The notes under the pieces: model-generated | What the model saw: the letters and a program-made list of their open reading frames with translations, nothing else | Told to the model about the DNA's origin: nothing | The model's database searches: none | IMG/VR virus record: IMGVR_UViG_2910441116_000002 | Location: 12,489 to 76,488 of that record | DNA from: a virus | Lineage: Duplodnaviria; Caudoviricetes | DNA length: 64,000 bases | Strand: one strand, 5' to 3' | Program-made: the position numbers and the translations under genes | Part shown: piece by piece, positions 18,897 to 29,158 of the stretch | Layout: each line of letters starts with the position of its first letter | How positions within the stretch are numbered: position 1 is the stretch's first letter

Positions 18897-19809
18897 TTTC
18901 CGTAGCCTCCTCAGTTAATACGTAATGAAGCGTGGCGCGGCAGTTCGGATGTGGCTGCAAAATTTTCTGCGTACCTGGCGGATAGACGCCCTTCCCCATT
19001 CCGTGTTCGTCCGCTCGAGCGTACTTGTAGCATTCATGCGTTTGGTGGTGCGAATGGCCGTCCGGATGGTCGACGATTCTCACGCCTTTTACCACGTCGG
19101 AGTTTTCCGCACCCAGCGCCGTAGCCTCCCGATATCCGGTCATTGTTTCCGTTTCGATTAGCCGGTCAATCTTCCACCGTTCGTTGTCGTACGTCTTTTT
19201 GACCTCGCGTTGAATGTCCGTGACCTGCCGGCCTTGTAGCGCGCCTCGGCGGACGGTATTCGCAATCGAACTGCGTAAGTCTCCGGCAAACTGCCATATC
19301 CGGTCGTTTAACGTTTTACCGTCATTTCCTACGCGTTCAAATACGGAGGTACGAACATACCGCCGATACGTGTTAAGCGAAATGTTTCCGAGGGTTAATA
19401 TAGAACCGGCGCCTAGAAACGCGGAGAACGACAACGCCAACTGAGCACGTAAAGCCTCCGGCGTAAACCCGAGGATGTTCGCGAGTGCAACGGCGCCCAC
19501 ACCCGCAATCAACGCGGAACTAGCCGCGTACACGCCGTAATTAGCCGCCTGGTTGACCGCCTGTTGTAACGCGCGTTCCCCTTCGGTTCGTGCGTAGTTC
19601 TCCACCGATTCCAATTCCCGTATTAACGCATTGATTCGCGACTTCGATATAGTACCGTCGTTTTTCGCGTGTTCCGATAATACGTCGTTAACTTGAAGGC
19701 GAGTAGCGTAAATTACGGCGCGTGCTTCGTTGGTTATCCGAGGTAAATGTGAGCGTTCGAAGGTGCCGGCGTATTCCGCTAATTTCTCGTTTACTTTCGT
19801 TTCACTCAT
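18889..19809 (-). CDS. Minor head protein (SPP1 gp7 / Mu gpF-like)
   Basis: LNDRIW, RLIETET, C-terminal PHPNCR. Confidence 0.8.
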   Translation of the reverse strand: MSETKVNEKLAEYAGTFERSHLPRITNEARAVIYATRLQVNDVLSEHAKNDGTISKSRINALIRELESVENYARTEGERALQQAVNQAANYGVYAASSALIAGVGAVALANILGFTPEALRAQLALSFSAFLGAGSILTLGNISLNTYRRYVRTSVFERVGNDGKTLNDRIWQFAGDLRSSIANTVRRGALQGRQVTDIQREVKKTYDNERWKIDRLIETETMTGYREATALGAENSDVVKGVRIVDHPDGHSHHQTHECYKYARADEHGMGKGVYPPGTQKILQPHPNCRATLHYVLTEEATENA

Positions 19810-20129
19810 CGTCTAACCACCGCCGCCGTTACGCTTGTAGCCGAGGAAAAGTCGACCGCTACGTTTTCTCCGAAGAGAGCGCGCGGGAACGGGCCGAGTA
19901 CGGCTGTCGCACCGGCTGCAACCGACTTAACTTCGTCCTGTGTGCGCCCGTGCGAGCAAGGTACGGATAAGACCGTTACGTCGATCGAAGATGCATCATC
20001 GTTTTTGACGAAGAGATAATCGTTGTTACTGTTCGGAAATACGTTCCCTTCCGTGCCGTCAACCGAGTCGAATACGACGTCTGCTCCGCTTAATTCCGAG
20101 TCTGTAATCGTAAGTTGTGTACGTGCCAA
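19806..20129 (-). CDS. Beta-rich virion decoration-like protein
   Basis: LFVKN...VTV...VAAG...GPFP; lies in the head-tail cluster. Confidence 0.55.
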   Translation of the reverse strand: MARTQLTITDSELSGADVVFDSVDGTEGNVFPNSNNDYLFVKNDDASSIDVTVLSVPCSHGRTQDEVKSVAAGATAVLGPFPRALFGENVAVDFSSATSVTAAVVRR

Positions 20130-20148
20130 AGAATCACCTCCGTTTCAT

Positions 20149-20520
20149 TTACCGTCTGTCTGCGCGTTTCATGATTTTAAACGATGATCCCGAACGTTCC
20201 GATTTCTTCTGCGCGTACTTTGTTTGTAATGTGTTCGCTAGTTTTCGGTATTGTTCAGATATCATCGATTTATCTACTTGCTCATTTCCGTCGGAAAACG
20301 AGAAGTAATACGCCGTTCTTAACGCGATTTGACCTGCTCCGTCTGCTTCGGCGTACAGCAAAATCAACGTGATATCATCGGTAAGGACGTTCTCATTAGC
20401 GGCATATCCGTGCTCGTTCATCGCCGTTAAAATCCATTCGTCTACGTCCGACGAGTCTACGTTGGGAACGTCCTTAAACCTCGTTAATAGACGCTGCGAT
20501 AGTTCGGTTTTTGTCGCCAT
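20149..20520 (-). CDS. Head-tail adaptor
   Basis: Helical 123 aa, FSFSDGNEQVDKS; synteny. Confidence 0.65.
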   Translation of the reverse strand: MATKTELSQRLLTRFKDVPNVDSSDVDEWILTAMNEHGYAANENVLTDDITLILLYAEADGAGQIALRTAYYFSFSDGNEQVDKSMISEQYRKLANTLQTKYAQKKSERSGSSFKIMKRADRR

Positions 20521-20538
20521 GATTACGTCCTCCCGAGT

Positions 20539-20754
20539 TTATTTATTTTCCGGCTTGGCTTTCGGCTTTTGTTTAGGTTGCTTCGGTTTTTCAGGCTCCG
20601 GCTTCGGTTCCGGTTTTGGCTCCGGCTTAGCAACCTTTTTCGCATAACCAATCGCCTCTAAATGCTCAGCCGACTTTTCATCGATTTCGATTGTTTCGCC
20701 AGGGCCGTGTCCATCCACATAAGCCCCGACGATTTCTACTTTATCTTTCGCCAT
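20539..20754 (-). CDS. Small capsid-associated protein with PEPK repeats
   Basis: PGETIEIDEKSAEHLEAIGYA followed by low-complexity tail; directly after the capsid gene. Confidence 0.65.
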   Translation of the reverse strand: MAKDKVEIVGAYVDGHGPGETIEIDEKSAEHLEAIGYAKKVAKPEPKPEPKPEPEKPKQPKQKPKAKPENK

Positions 20755-20776
20755 TTATTCGTTCCTCCTTCGTTAC

Positions 20777-21793
20777 TTACGGCGTATATACGTCAGCGTG
20801 GAAAATGTAATCCGGACGCTCAACCGCAGGGAATCCGGCAGCTACAGAACGTAGGATAGATTCGATTGGCTCGTCTTTATCCTTCGCGGTTAGTACGATG
20901 CCTGGTTGGAAGTTATTTTCGACGGTTGGGCCGAATAGGAAGTTACCTACGCCTTCCGAAAGCATAACGACTCTCTCTGCTGGCATAAATTCGATTTCCT
21001 CGTTTTGACCGGAGTAAATGTCTTTAACTGTTACTTTACGCTCAGTTACGATTTGAATCGGAGGCAAGCCGAATCCGCCTAGAACTTCGTTCAGTTCCGC
21101 TTGACTTACGCGGGTAGAACCTTCCGGACGTCCTGCTTCCGTTACAATTACGTTGTTACGCAAAAGTTTCGCTTGTGCTTCGCGAGACATAAGAATAACG
21201 GACGGTGTTTGACCGGTGGACGCTTCATACGTCTCAACCCAATCGAGCAAGTCGCCGATTACGTCGCGGGAAGTTTCGTCCCAATCAGCACCGGAAGACA
21301 ACGCGACTTTATGTTCGGCTGGAACGCCAAAGTCAACGTTTACTTTTACGCCGTTTTTGTTATACGAGAATTGACCTTTCGCGAGCGCCTCCATTTTAAT
21401 TACGTTAACACGACGGTTAAGCGCTTGAACGAGCTCAACACCGCGAATCGTTAGACGGTCAACCATCGATTGTCTTTCCGCGTCGTTACGTGCTTGGTTA
21501 AGGTGTAATAGCTCCTCTTCGGTCGCGATGTATTTCAGACCCATTTTCGCGATTTCGCCCATTTTAGAAGCAACCGCGTCACGGTCAACAACGGGAGGTT
21601 CGGAACCATAGCCGATCATCGCACCGATGTATTTGTTCTCCTTAATGATGTCGTAAGCGAACGTGTTAGAGAAGATTTGGTCGTTTGGTAAAAAGCGATC
21701 TCCTAGCGTTGGTACTGCGTCCTGTACTGTTTCGTCCACCAATCCACGTAGTGCCGGTTCTTGAAACTCTTTGAAATGTTGTATGCCTGCCAT
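20777..21793 (-). CDS. Major capsid protein (Phage_cap_E-like)
   Basis: 338 aa, LGDRFLP, VDFGVP, DVIGDL; follows scaffold and decoration genes. Confidence 0.88.
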   Translation of the reverse strand: MAGIQHFKEFQEPALRGLVDETVQDAVPTLGDRFLPNDQIFSNTFAYDIIKENKYIGAMIGYGSEPPVVDRDAVASKMGEIAKMGLKYIATEEELLHLNQARNDAERQSMVDRLTIRGVELVQALNRRVNVIKMEALAKGQFSYNKNGVKVNVDFGVPAEHKVALSSGADWDETSRDVIGDLLDWVETYEASTGQTPSVILMSREAQAKLLRNNVIVTEAGRPEGSTRVSQAELNEVLGGFGLPPIQIVTERKVTVKDIYSGQNEEIEFMPAERVVMLSEGVGNFLFGPTVENNFQPGIVLTAKDKDEPIESILRSVAAGFPAVERPDYIFHADVYTP

Positions 21794-21850
21794 TATAAAT
21801 TCCTCCTAGTAATTTTTCGTTTTTAAATATTTGTGGCTGAATGCAATTAA

Positions 21851-22237
21851 TTAAATGTGTTTTACATATCTGATGCGATCTTTTGTCTCGGTCTTGAAAG
21901 CGTCTGTCACGTTCGAAGGTAGTTTAGCGTCGTAAACTGAACCGCGGAAAATAACCTCGCCTACAACTACGTCGTTTGTTCCGTCTACTTCTACGTCAAT
22001 GTTCAAAATCGTAAATTCGTCGTAACCGCTCGGTACAGCGCCGGTGTCGTCTGCGTACTCCTCGAATTTTCCGGAAGTTGTATTACGCATAATTGCCGTA
22101 CCTACTTCCAATGTTTTAGCGCCAATTGTTGCGGCGTCTAAGGTCGCGCCTGCCTCGATGAATTGTAAGTGTTCAGACGCAAGGATGTTCTTTCCGCCTT
22201 TGAATGATGTTTGGCTAGTTTGTAGAGTGTAAGCCAT
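21851..22237 (-). CDS. Head decoration protein
   Basis: RGSVYDAKLP motif; between scaffold and capsid genes. Confidence 0.7.
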   Translation of the reverse strand: MAYTLQTSQTSFKGGKNILASEHLQFIEAGATLDAATIGAKTLEVGTAIMRNTTSGKFEEYADDTGAVPSGYDEFTILNIDVEVDGTNDVVVGEVIFRGSVYDAKLPSNVTDAFKTETKDRIRYVKHI

Positions 22238-22249
22238 TTAAAATTCCTC

Positions 22250-22870
22250 CTAGTTTTTATTATTTTGCGAGCCTTTGATCTTTCCGCTCGCTTTTAAACG
22301 TTGATAAAGCGACTTGCCCTCGTCTTGCAAATCGGTCGGCTCCGGCTTCGGTTTACTGCCGTTGCCTGCGTTAGGATCTGCGTAATTTTTCTTCGGTGGA
22401 ATGTCTTGTTTAAGCTGATCCAACGCCGATTTCAATTCCTCGTCTGTATCCCCGTCGAGATACTTTCGGTACCTTTCCGCCTGTTCTTCGCTGTAGCCGG
22501 CCTTTGCGAGCATAGCGTCCTTTTTCGCGTTGAGTGATTCCGCTTTGAAAGCGTCCAACTCTTCGCGGTATCTATCCGCCAGCTCCTTGTACTGTTCTTG
22601 CTCCTCGAGCTTTTTGCGCTCCGCCTCATCGCGCTCTTTCTGGATAGCCTCGTCGCGTTTCTTACGTTCGCGTTCGAGCCTTTTCCGAATCTGTTCGTCT
22701 AACTCCGCCTGTGTGAATCGTTTTTCTTCGCCTTCGGTTGCTTCCGTTTCTTCTTCGGTATTATTTTCCGACTCCTCAGTCGTAGGTGGTGTTTCGGAAG
22801 ACTCCGGGTTAGTTTCCTCGCCTTTTTCGGCGAAATGTTGCAGGTTTAGTCGTAGTAATTTCGTATCCAT
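22250..22870 (-). CDS. Capsid scaffolding protein
   Basis: LNLQHFA Prp-cleavage-like N-terminus, FTQAELD...KRLERE. Confidence 0.85.
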   Translation of the reverse strand: MDTKLLRLNLQHFAEKGEETNPESSETPPTTEESENNTEEETEATEGEEKRFTQAELDEQIRKRLERERKKRDEAIQKERDEAERKKLEEQEQYKELADRYREELDAFKAESLNAKKDAMLAKAGYSEEQAERYRKYLDGDTDEELKSALDQLKQDIPPKKNYADPNAGNGSKPKPEPTDLQDEGKSLYQRLKASGKIKGSQNNKN

Positions 22871-22940
22871 AATAAAACTCCTTCCGCTTTTTAAGCGTGT
22901 AATATCTCCGGAAGTTTAACGCCGTTCCGTAAGGCAATTT

Positions 22941-24665
22941 TTACGCGGTTTGGACTATCCCGTCACCTTTACACGTATTACAAGTAACTTCTCTACCTTG
23001 GTTGTCACTATATACGGTTCCGGATCCTCCACACTCTGGGCAGATTTTCTCTTGTTCGGTTGTTTCGCTAGAGGATCCGCTCGTCTTTGACGGACTGCCG
23101 CCTTGATTTCCGTAAGGATCGCCACTAGCTCGATCTTGCATGCGCTCCTGTTCGATTTCTGCTTTCTTCGCTTGTACATTATCTACACCTGCGCGTTGCA
23201 TTCCTCCGGCTTGAGATTCTAATCCCATTCCGATTTCTTCGCCTAACAACTCGACGAGTTCTTTACGGTTATCCGGCAATGGAAGTACGAATTTCATTTC
23301 GTTTGTATAATCGGTTATACTCGAAACTTCCGTCTTGTCATACGCAAAGTTGTTCTCGGCAGTTCGCGCTTGGAGATAACGGACTGATTTTTCGTGGAGC
23401 TCCGAAAGCTGATAGCCCCAAACGTGCCAATGTTCTTCGGTGTCCGTGATGATGTCGTGGAAAAGGACTTGTAATGCCTCACCGTTTAGTCCACCGAAGT
23501 TCAACTCCTGTGGTACAATTTGTGGTAAGCCGGAGACCTCATGCATTGCGCCTTTCACTCGCGCGTATTGGTCTTTAAATGCGTCCTTCCAACGGAAACT
23601 CGATTCGACCTTTTTAATATCCGGTGATTGTCCTTCGTAATTTCCAGTCGCTTCAAGTACGGAGCCTGGCGCAACCTCCATTTTGTCGGCGGTTCCTTCC
23701 GGCGCGTTTAGTACGGCGGTCATCGAAAACATTTCGAATTTCATCGAGTCGATTGCGTCCTCGTTCATCTGGTTAAGAACGTCGTTTTGTTCGCGTAAAT
23801 CTGAAATCTCGCCTTCGCCGGTTTCTTCGCCTAATAGATCGTTCACCGGAAAAGTAACAACCGGAATAAAATCGATGCCCATCGGAGAATACGGCGTGAT
23901 TTCCTCGAGTAATTCGAGGTCATCCTGGCGGTATACGCCTTCTTCGAGGTAACACCCGCCGTCTTCTTCGATGCGAAACGTCTGCTTCTGAATAGCGCGG
24001 ATTTCTTCGCCGTCTGGCGCTTCGACGATTTTCTGCCGGACGAAATGAGCCGCGATTAAGTCCTCGAAATCATCGTCGGAGAAAACCGGGATGAACTCGG
24101 TGTCAGGGCGCCAAATCCAACGTAATTTCCCTGTCCGCTGATTAAATACGATCTTACATACGACTCTATCCGCGATTAACCGGTCACGCGCCGCTTGTAT
24201 CAATTTCGAGCGCATCTTGTTTTCGTCCCATAACCGATAAAGCAACCGTTCGTAAGCGTCCGCCTGGTTATCTACGCGTTTTTGTTCGGGAGACGGCGTG
24301 TAACCTTCGGCCAACCTCGCCTCCTGCGAATCAACGTCTTTACGCGGAACCTGGATGCCGTGTTTTCCGCCCATCTGCCAACGTGCTTTACGGTCGATAA
24401 TCGCCTTGAAATAATTCGTTGCATAACGCGTTGGGTCGTAATCTAATCCGGCGGGACGTTCTAACTCCGTCGCTTTAACGAGTCGGCCGGTTTTCGGGTC
24501 GACGTGCTGCTTACCGTCGTAATATTCGTAGTTTTCGAATTGCGTCCGGAGCCTTTCGCGTGTTTCCGAGCCTAGCGATTGATCGAAGGCGTCGAATAGA
24601 AGGTCGTCCATCGTCTCCGGTGCTAGTAAATTGTAATCAGCCATGTATTTCGTGAATCTCGCGAT
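22941..24665 (-). CDS. Portal protein (SPP1 gp6-like) with C-terminal CxxCxGxG zinc finger
   Basis: YEYYDGKQ, NYFKAIID, LNGEAL; follows TerL; AAGGAGG RBS points to an ATC at 24665. Confidence 0.88.
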   Translation of the reverse strand: MARFTKYMADYNLLAPETMDDLLFDAFDQSLGSETRERLRTQFENYEYYDGKQHVDPKTGRLVKATELERPAGLDYDPTRYATNYFKAIIDRKARWQMGGKHGIQVPRKDVDSQEARLAEGYTPSPEQKRVDNQADAYERLLYRLWDENKMRSKLIQAARDRLIADRVVCKIVFNQRTGKLRWIWRPDTEFIPVFSDDDFEDLIAAHFVRQKIVEAPDGEEIRAIQKQTFRIEEDGGCYLEEGVYRQDDLELLEEITPYSPMGIDFIPVVTFPVNDLLGEETGEGEISDLREQNDVLNQMNEDAIDSMKFEMFSMTAVLNAPEGTADKMEVAPGSVLEATGNYEGQSPDIKKVESSFRWKDAFKDQYARVKGAMHEVSGLPQIVPQELNFGGLNGEALQVLFHDIITDTEEHWHVWGYQLSELHEKSVRYLQARTAENNFAYDKTEVSSITDYTNEMKFVLPLPDNRKELVELLGEEIGMGLESQAGGMQRAGVDNVQAKKAEIEQERMQDRASGDPYGNQGGSPSKTSGSSSETTEQEKICPECGGSGTVYSDNQGREVTCNTCKGDGIVQTA

Positions 24666-24708
24666 TATGATCGCCTCCTTTCGTGAGTTTGGTTGCTACC
24701 GCCGCTTG

Positions 24709-26475
24709 CTACCGCATTCTCTTACGTGACATCCGGACAACGGCGTCGTTTGCCTTGCTCGCGGAAACGGCCATTTCCACCGCGTCAATTACGTCGTCAT
24801 GCGCGCCTTGTCCGTACCGCTCGAATTGCTCGAGCATTAAGTGATGTTTGCGGGAAAAGCGAATAGCCCCGGACTCTATCCGAGGTAACATCGTTTCTAT
24901 ACGTAGCTCTTTCCGCGAGCGTTGATGGACTTTCTTTACGCGTGTATGAGCCGGATAACCTTCCGCCGTTAGCCGCGTTTTGAGCGTTTCGACGAAAAAC
25001 TCTTGCGCTGCTTGCGCTTCTGCCGCGATTATGTCCGGTTGATATTCGAGAACCTTTTCGACTATATCGTCGATGAATTTGTCGGGGAGTACCCGTTCAC
25101 CGTACGTATCAATTACGTTATCGATATCCTTTTCGCGATGGTGTGCGTTAATTGCGATAGCGGAGTAATCACCGCGTTCTTTACCGAGCGCAAAGTCGAT
25201 ACCCATCGAGAATAAATAACCCGCGTGAGTAAAGTCGGATTTCGTTTGGTGTTCGTCCCAGTACGTAAAGTGCTCCGGATTAAAGATCATCGATTCCTCG
25301 TCGACCGGATTATTCATATACTCCGTGTTAAACGCTTTAGATCCGTTATCCCATTTCCACTCCATAAGCTCGAGAATCGGCTTTACTTCCGGCCACAAAA
25401 CCTTAACGCCTTTTAACATTTCGTCCTCATTTTCGTGATAGAATTGCTCGGCGTCTTGCTTTCGGTTTTTGTTGTCGCGGTCGATGTAAATTTCTCGGCA
25501 TTGTTCCCATAAGTCCGTTCGTACTGGGTGCTCAATAATAGCTTTATAAATTCGTGACTCGAAATCTGAACGGTGGTGTAGAACCTGCATTAACAACGCT
25601 TCCCAATGAACTGTCGTACCCATGTAGACGAACGCGGTCTTTTTACCTTTCGGATCGCCTAACGGCATAACCGTTTGCGAAAACCAATCCTTTAGTTTCG
25701 CCCGTTGTTCCGGCGTACTTGCGTTTCCTCCTGGGCGGGCGTCTTCTAAGTCGTCCATGACTATAAGCGAAGGTCGTGAGCCGTTCCAGTTTCGTCCACG
25801 CAACGCCTGCCCGGTTGAAGCCGCCTCAACTAACGAAAGTTGCCGGCGTTTTTCTCCGGTGGAATCGAGGTGCCACGCGATAAATGACTCGGAGTTGTCT
25901 TGTATGTTCGATTGATCTTTCGGTGACAACAACGGCCCGAAGTCTGCGCGTAGTTTCTCGTTAAACTTCATCTGATTACGGATCCATTCCATGTTACCTT
26001 TCGAGACGTTCGGCGTTTCCGAGATAATGATGATGTACTTGCGGAGCCGGTAAACGACCTGGTGTACCGGAAAGTTTTTCGATAAGTACGTTGATTTCGC
26101 GTGCGAACGCGGAGCAGCAACCGCAACCTTCGCGTTTACTTTTTCCGTGGAAACCTCGTTCATAATCCCCGCTATTTCTTCGTGAAAGCCGGGCGCTTCC
26201 GATTTATCCTCGATGTCAAAGCCGTCCCAGTTACCTTCATTTCCGGGGTTTCGTGATTCCGAGAAATATTCGATGGCAAACTCGAGCTGGTCGTCCTTGC
26301 AGCGTTCAACCCGTTCGAGCTTCGACCAAACGAGGAAATTTTCCTGCGCTTCGGGCGGCCAATCGCTCGGGTCTGCGCCGTATTCTACTTCGTAGGTTTC
26401 GATGAGTTCCGTGTATAAAGCGAGCATTTCTTTGCGTTCTTCGTCGTATAGCCAACGTTGGTCAACCCAAGCGAT
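24709..26475 (-). CDS. terL: Terminase large subunit
   Basis: APRSHAKST, LRGR, IVMDDLED, MGT, GIDFA...GDYSA, HDDVIDA. Confidence 0.93.
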   Translation of the reverse strand: MAWVDQRWLYDEERKEMLALYTELIETYEVEYGADPSDWPPEAQENFLVWSKLERVERCKDDQLEFAIEYFSESRNPGNEGNWDGFDIEDKSEAPGFHEEIAGIMNEVSTEKVNAKVAVAAPRSHAKSTYLSKNFPVHQVVYRLRKYIIIISETPNVSKGNMEWIRNQMKFNEKLRADFGPLLSPKDQSNIQDNSESFIAWHLDSTGEKRRQLSLVEAASTGQALRGRNWNGSRPSLIVMDDLEDARPGGNASTPEQRAKLKDWFSQTVMPLGDPKGKKTAFVYMGTTVHWEALLMQVLHHRSDFESRIYKAIIEHPVRTDLWEQCREIYIDRDNKNRKQDAEQFYHENEDEMLKGVKVLWPEVKPILELMEWKWDNGSKAFNTEYMNNPVDEESMIFNPEHFTYWDEHQTKSDFTHAGYLFSMGIDFALGKERGDYSAIAINAHHREKDIDNVIDTYGERVLPDKFIDDIVEKVLEYQPDIIAAEAQAAQEFFVETLKTRLTAEGYPAHTRVKKVHQRSRKELRIETMLPRIESGAIRFSRKHHLMLEQFERYGQGAHDDVIDAVEMAVSASKANDAVVRMSRKRMR

Positions 26476-26573
26476 CGTAACCACCTCCGTTTCTTTCGTT
26501 GATATTTCGCTTGACTTTCGGCTCTCCCCGTTATATACTGAATGCAACACAAATTACGAGGGAGTTGTTTTCC

Positions 26574-27113
26574 GTGAATATCGTAGAACCCATACGTGAC
26601 ACCGCCGATATTGAGCGCATGAAAAAAGAGCTAACACCCGGAAGAGATCGGTTACTCTTCATCATCGGCATTAACTCGGGACTCCGGATTTCCGACGTCC
26701 TACCACTACGCGTAAAAGATGTCCGCGACCAAAAAGCGATTACCGTCCGCGAAGGTAAAACGGGGAAAACCCGGACGTTCGCGCTTAACCAGGCGATTCA
26801 AACCGCTGTTAGCGAAAACATTCCGGCGGATGAGCCGGACGATAACCTCCTTTTTCCGTCGCGTAAAGGAAACAAGCCGATTACACGGACGACTGCTTGG
26901 CGGATTCTGAATACCGCGGCCGAACGAGCCGGCGTAGAAAAGATCGGGACACATTCACTTCGAAAAACGATGGGATATCACGCGTACCAAAACGGCGTCG
27001 ACCTTACGGTTATTCAAGCGATCCTTAATCACGCCAGTCAACGCGAAACTTTGCGGTATATCGGCATCGTCCAAGACGACATCGACAACGTATTCAACGC
27101 GATTAACCTGTAG
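26574..27113 (+). CDS. Catalytic-domain-only tyrosine recombinase (resolvase-like)
   Basis: VEPIRD, SGLRISD, THSLRKTMGY, LNH, TLRYIG; own promoter TTGACT-N17-TATACT (26511-26539). Confidence 0.9.
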   Translation: MNIVEPIRDTADIERMKKELTPGRDRLLFIIGINSGLRISDVLPLRVKDVRDQKAITVREGKTGKTRTFALNQAIQTAVSENIPADEPDDNLLFPSRKGNKPITRTTAWRILNTAAERAGVEKIGTHSLRKTMGYHAYQNGVDLTVIQAILNHASQRETLRYIGIVQDDIDNVFNAINL

Positions 27114-27138
27114 CTTCGCCCGGACTACGTCCAGCTTA

Positions 27139-27179
27139 CGTCACATTTCCGTTTTAAAGCGGGCGTGTGGCGTTTTTGT
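27139..27179 (+). terminator. Terminator after the recombinase
   Basis: CGTCACAT...GTGTGGCG-TTTTT. Confidence 0.55.
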
Positions 27180-27329
27180 TCGTTTAGAGGGCGTAAGTAC
27201 CCGATAGGCTACAAAACGGCTTAGAGGCGTTAATTTTGCGGGAATACTACGTGATTACATCGTCAGGGTTCCGTCGGCTACGGGAGTTGCGTATAATGTG
27301 CGTATCAGGTACGTTGAGAGGACGGAGGT

Positions 27330-27780
27330 CAAAGCGAAAATTTGATTCGCGGATTTTAGAGTCGCCCGGCGGCGGCCCGGCGGTTTCGACCCGCCCCCGC
27401 CCTTTTTCGTCCGACCGTATACGCATGCAATACTCCGCATAAGCGACTCTCTATGAGTGTGTTGCATTCACCGCAAGATCCCCGTCATATCAACGCGTAA
27501 TTCCTCCGTAAAATCCTCCGCATAATATGCAGGGGAATAATCCGCGCTATGACAGCGTTATTCCTCCGCAAATCCTGCATAAAATTCCGTATAAACGCCA
27601 CGCCAAATCCGCCAAAGTGTTCGGGAGGGCGCGCGTCTAGTGGGCGTTGCTGATAAATCCGGTCAACACACGTCACTACCGCTTGCTACGGCGTACACTA
27701 TATCCGTAACATATCCGCTTTCCTTCCTATTATATGTGCGCCATATATCACGTATAAGCGGTACTTCGTATTCCGCTACC
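27330..27780. repeat. Putative packaging (pac/cos) region with many degenerate TCCG(C/T)A repeats and a GC-rich tract
   Basis: GCGTAATTCCTCCGTAAAATCC (27495) and GCGTTATTCCTCCGCAAATCC (27555); GC tract at 27361-27403; lies between terS and terL. Confidence 0.45.
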
Positions 27781-28157
27781 TATTCCTCGTCATTATTCCG
27801 CTGCTTGAACCGAGCTAACTCCGCTCTAACTGCGTCCGTGTTCGCCTTCTCTTCCTTCGTATTAACTTCGTGCTTTTCCGTAAGTAAACCGAGGCTCTGC
27901 ATAAACGTACGGTACATGGCCGCGTTACCCTCGTCTACAATATGATCCGGAATAGAGCGCATTACTCTCGGTAAGTCACCGACTGCTGCCCGCATAACCT
28001 GACGCTTAAGCTCGTCGTTAAAGTCGTCCTGGCTGCGCCATCTCCTCAGCGTACTAACGTCACATCCGACCTTTTCCGCCACTTCCTCGTACATTAAGTC
28101 CGTTTCCGTCAATAATGCGATAGCTGCGTACTGCTTCTCGTTCAGTTTCTTCGCCAT
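27780..28157 (-). CDS. terS: HTH protein, probable terminase small subunit
   Basis: LNEKQYAAIALL...EVAEKVGCDVSTLRRWR...F; upstream of terL. Confidence 0.72.
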   Translation of the reverse strand: MAKKLNEKQYAAIALLTETDLMYEEVAEKVGCDVSTLRRWRSQDDFNDELKRQVMRAAVGDLPRVMRSIPDHIVDEGNAAMYRTFMQSLGLLTEKHEVNTKEEKANTDAVRAELARFKQRNNDEE

Positions 28158-28162
28158 TTGCG

Positions 28163-28360
28163 TTAACCTCCTTTCCGTTCCGATTTATCTCCGAAAGTAC
28201 AACCGTCCTCAGGCGTTACGTATATCGCACTATATTCGTAATCATCCTCGTCATAACCGAACAGTTTCGTACAAAAGCCGTAATGTTCCTCGTAAAATAC
28301 GCAGTCCTTACATCGGACTAGCTCGTTTGCCTCCGGTTTGTTTGCGTTTGTGTTCGCCAT
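28163..28360 (-). CDS. Small Cys4 zinc-binding phage protein
   Basis: LVRCKDC...C...PEDGCTFG. Confidence 0.6.
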   Translation of the reverse strand: MANTNANKPEANELVRCKDCVFYEEHYGFCTKLFGYDEDDYEYSAIYVTPEDGCTFGDKSERKGG

Positions 28361-28527
28361 ACTAAAACCTCCTCCTTCGCTATACCTACGATCTTATGTG
28401 ACGCCCATTCATCGCCAGGTTGCGTAGTATCCTCCGTAATGGACGTTAATCGGACGGCACGTTCTCCGTCTGGCTTGTCGTTCAACTTACGTGTCATATG
28501 TCCGTGCCTCCTTCGGAATGATTAAGT

Positions 28528-28788
28528 TCAAGATGTTCTAAAAACGTTTCTTACGTCATACCACGATTGACCTTGCGTTAACATCTCTTCGTATTCTTCG
28601 TGCCTCTTAACGTCTTGTATACGGTACTCAAGCGTGTTATATCGAACACCTAAAGCAGATTTTCCGTAGGATATAGCGTAGTCATCTTGGTACAATCCGT
28701 CAGTAGATTCTGCGTTTAACGCGCGTGCTTGGTCGGTTGTATCAACGACAATGAGACGGTTCACAAATTTCGCCATTGCTCGGTCCAC
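28528..28788 (-). CDS. Hypothetical phage protein
   Basis: ORF with GGAGGTG RBS. Confidence 0.5.
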   Translation of the reverse strand: MDRAMAKFVNRLIVVDTTDQARALNAESTDGLYQDDYAISYGKSALGVRYNTLEYRIQDVKRHEEYEEMLTQGQSWYDVRNVFRTS

Positions 28789-29089
28789 CTCCGTTAATAT
28801 TAAAGTTGCAGCGCGCTTACCTTTTCTTTCTTTTTAGCGCCACTTTTTCTTTCTTTTGGTCAACTTCTTTGGCGTACTTGACACCCTTTAAATAATCCCT
28901 TGCCCTTTATCACGTTATCTTTTACGTTTGTAACGAACTTCTCGTAATTAGCCTATTGGAAGCGAACTCTGCTTCCCGGAAACAACGAACGTAAGTGAGT
29001 AAGTTTCCAAGGGGTTTCCGTACTTTCTCTTTTGCTTCGCTATTACTATTCTTTTTAATTCGTTCTCTTTAGTTCGTTCTTATTACTGA

Positions 29090-29153
29090 GCCTGATCGGG
29101 TACATGACGTGTGCCTCCGCAGGTACATGACGTGTGCCTGATCGGGTACACGG
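29090..29153. repeat. Three tandem 23-bp iteron-like repeats
   Basis: GCCTGATCGGGTACATGACGTGT / GCCTCCGCAGGTACATGACGTGT / GCCTGATCGGGTACACGG. Confidence 0.85.
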
Positions 29154-29158
29154 GAACT

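Noticed and set aside
8771-26395. Many plus-strand ORFs up to 213 aa across the structural module
   Set aside because: Antisense shadows of clear minus-strand genes, without RBSs or motifs
29090-29153. Possible mini-CRISPR array
   Set aside because: Repeats are contiguous with no unique spacers and there is no cas operon; iteron or operator-like instead
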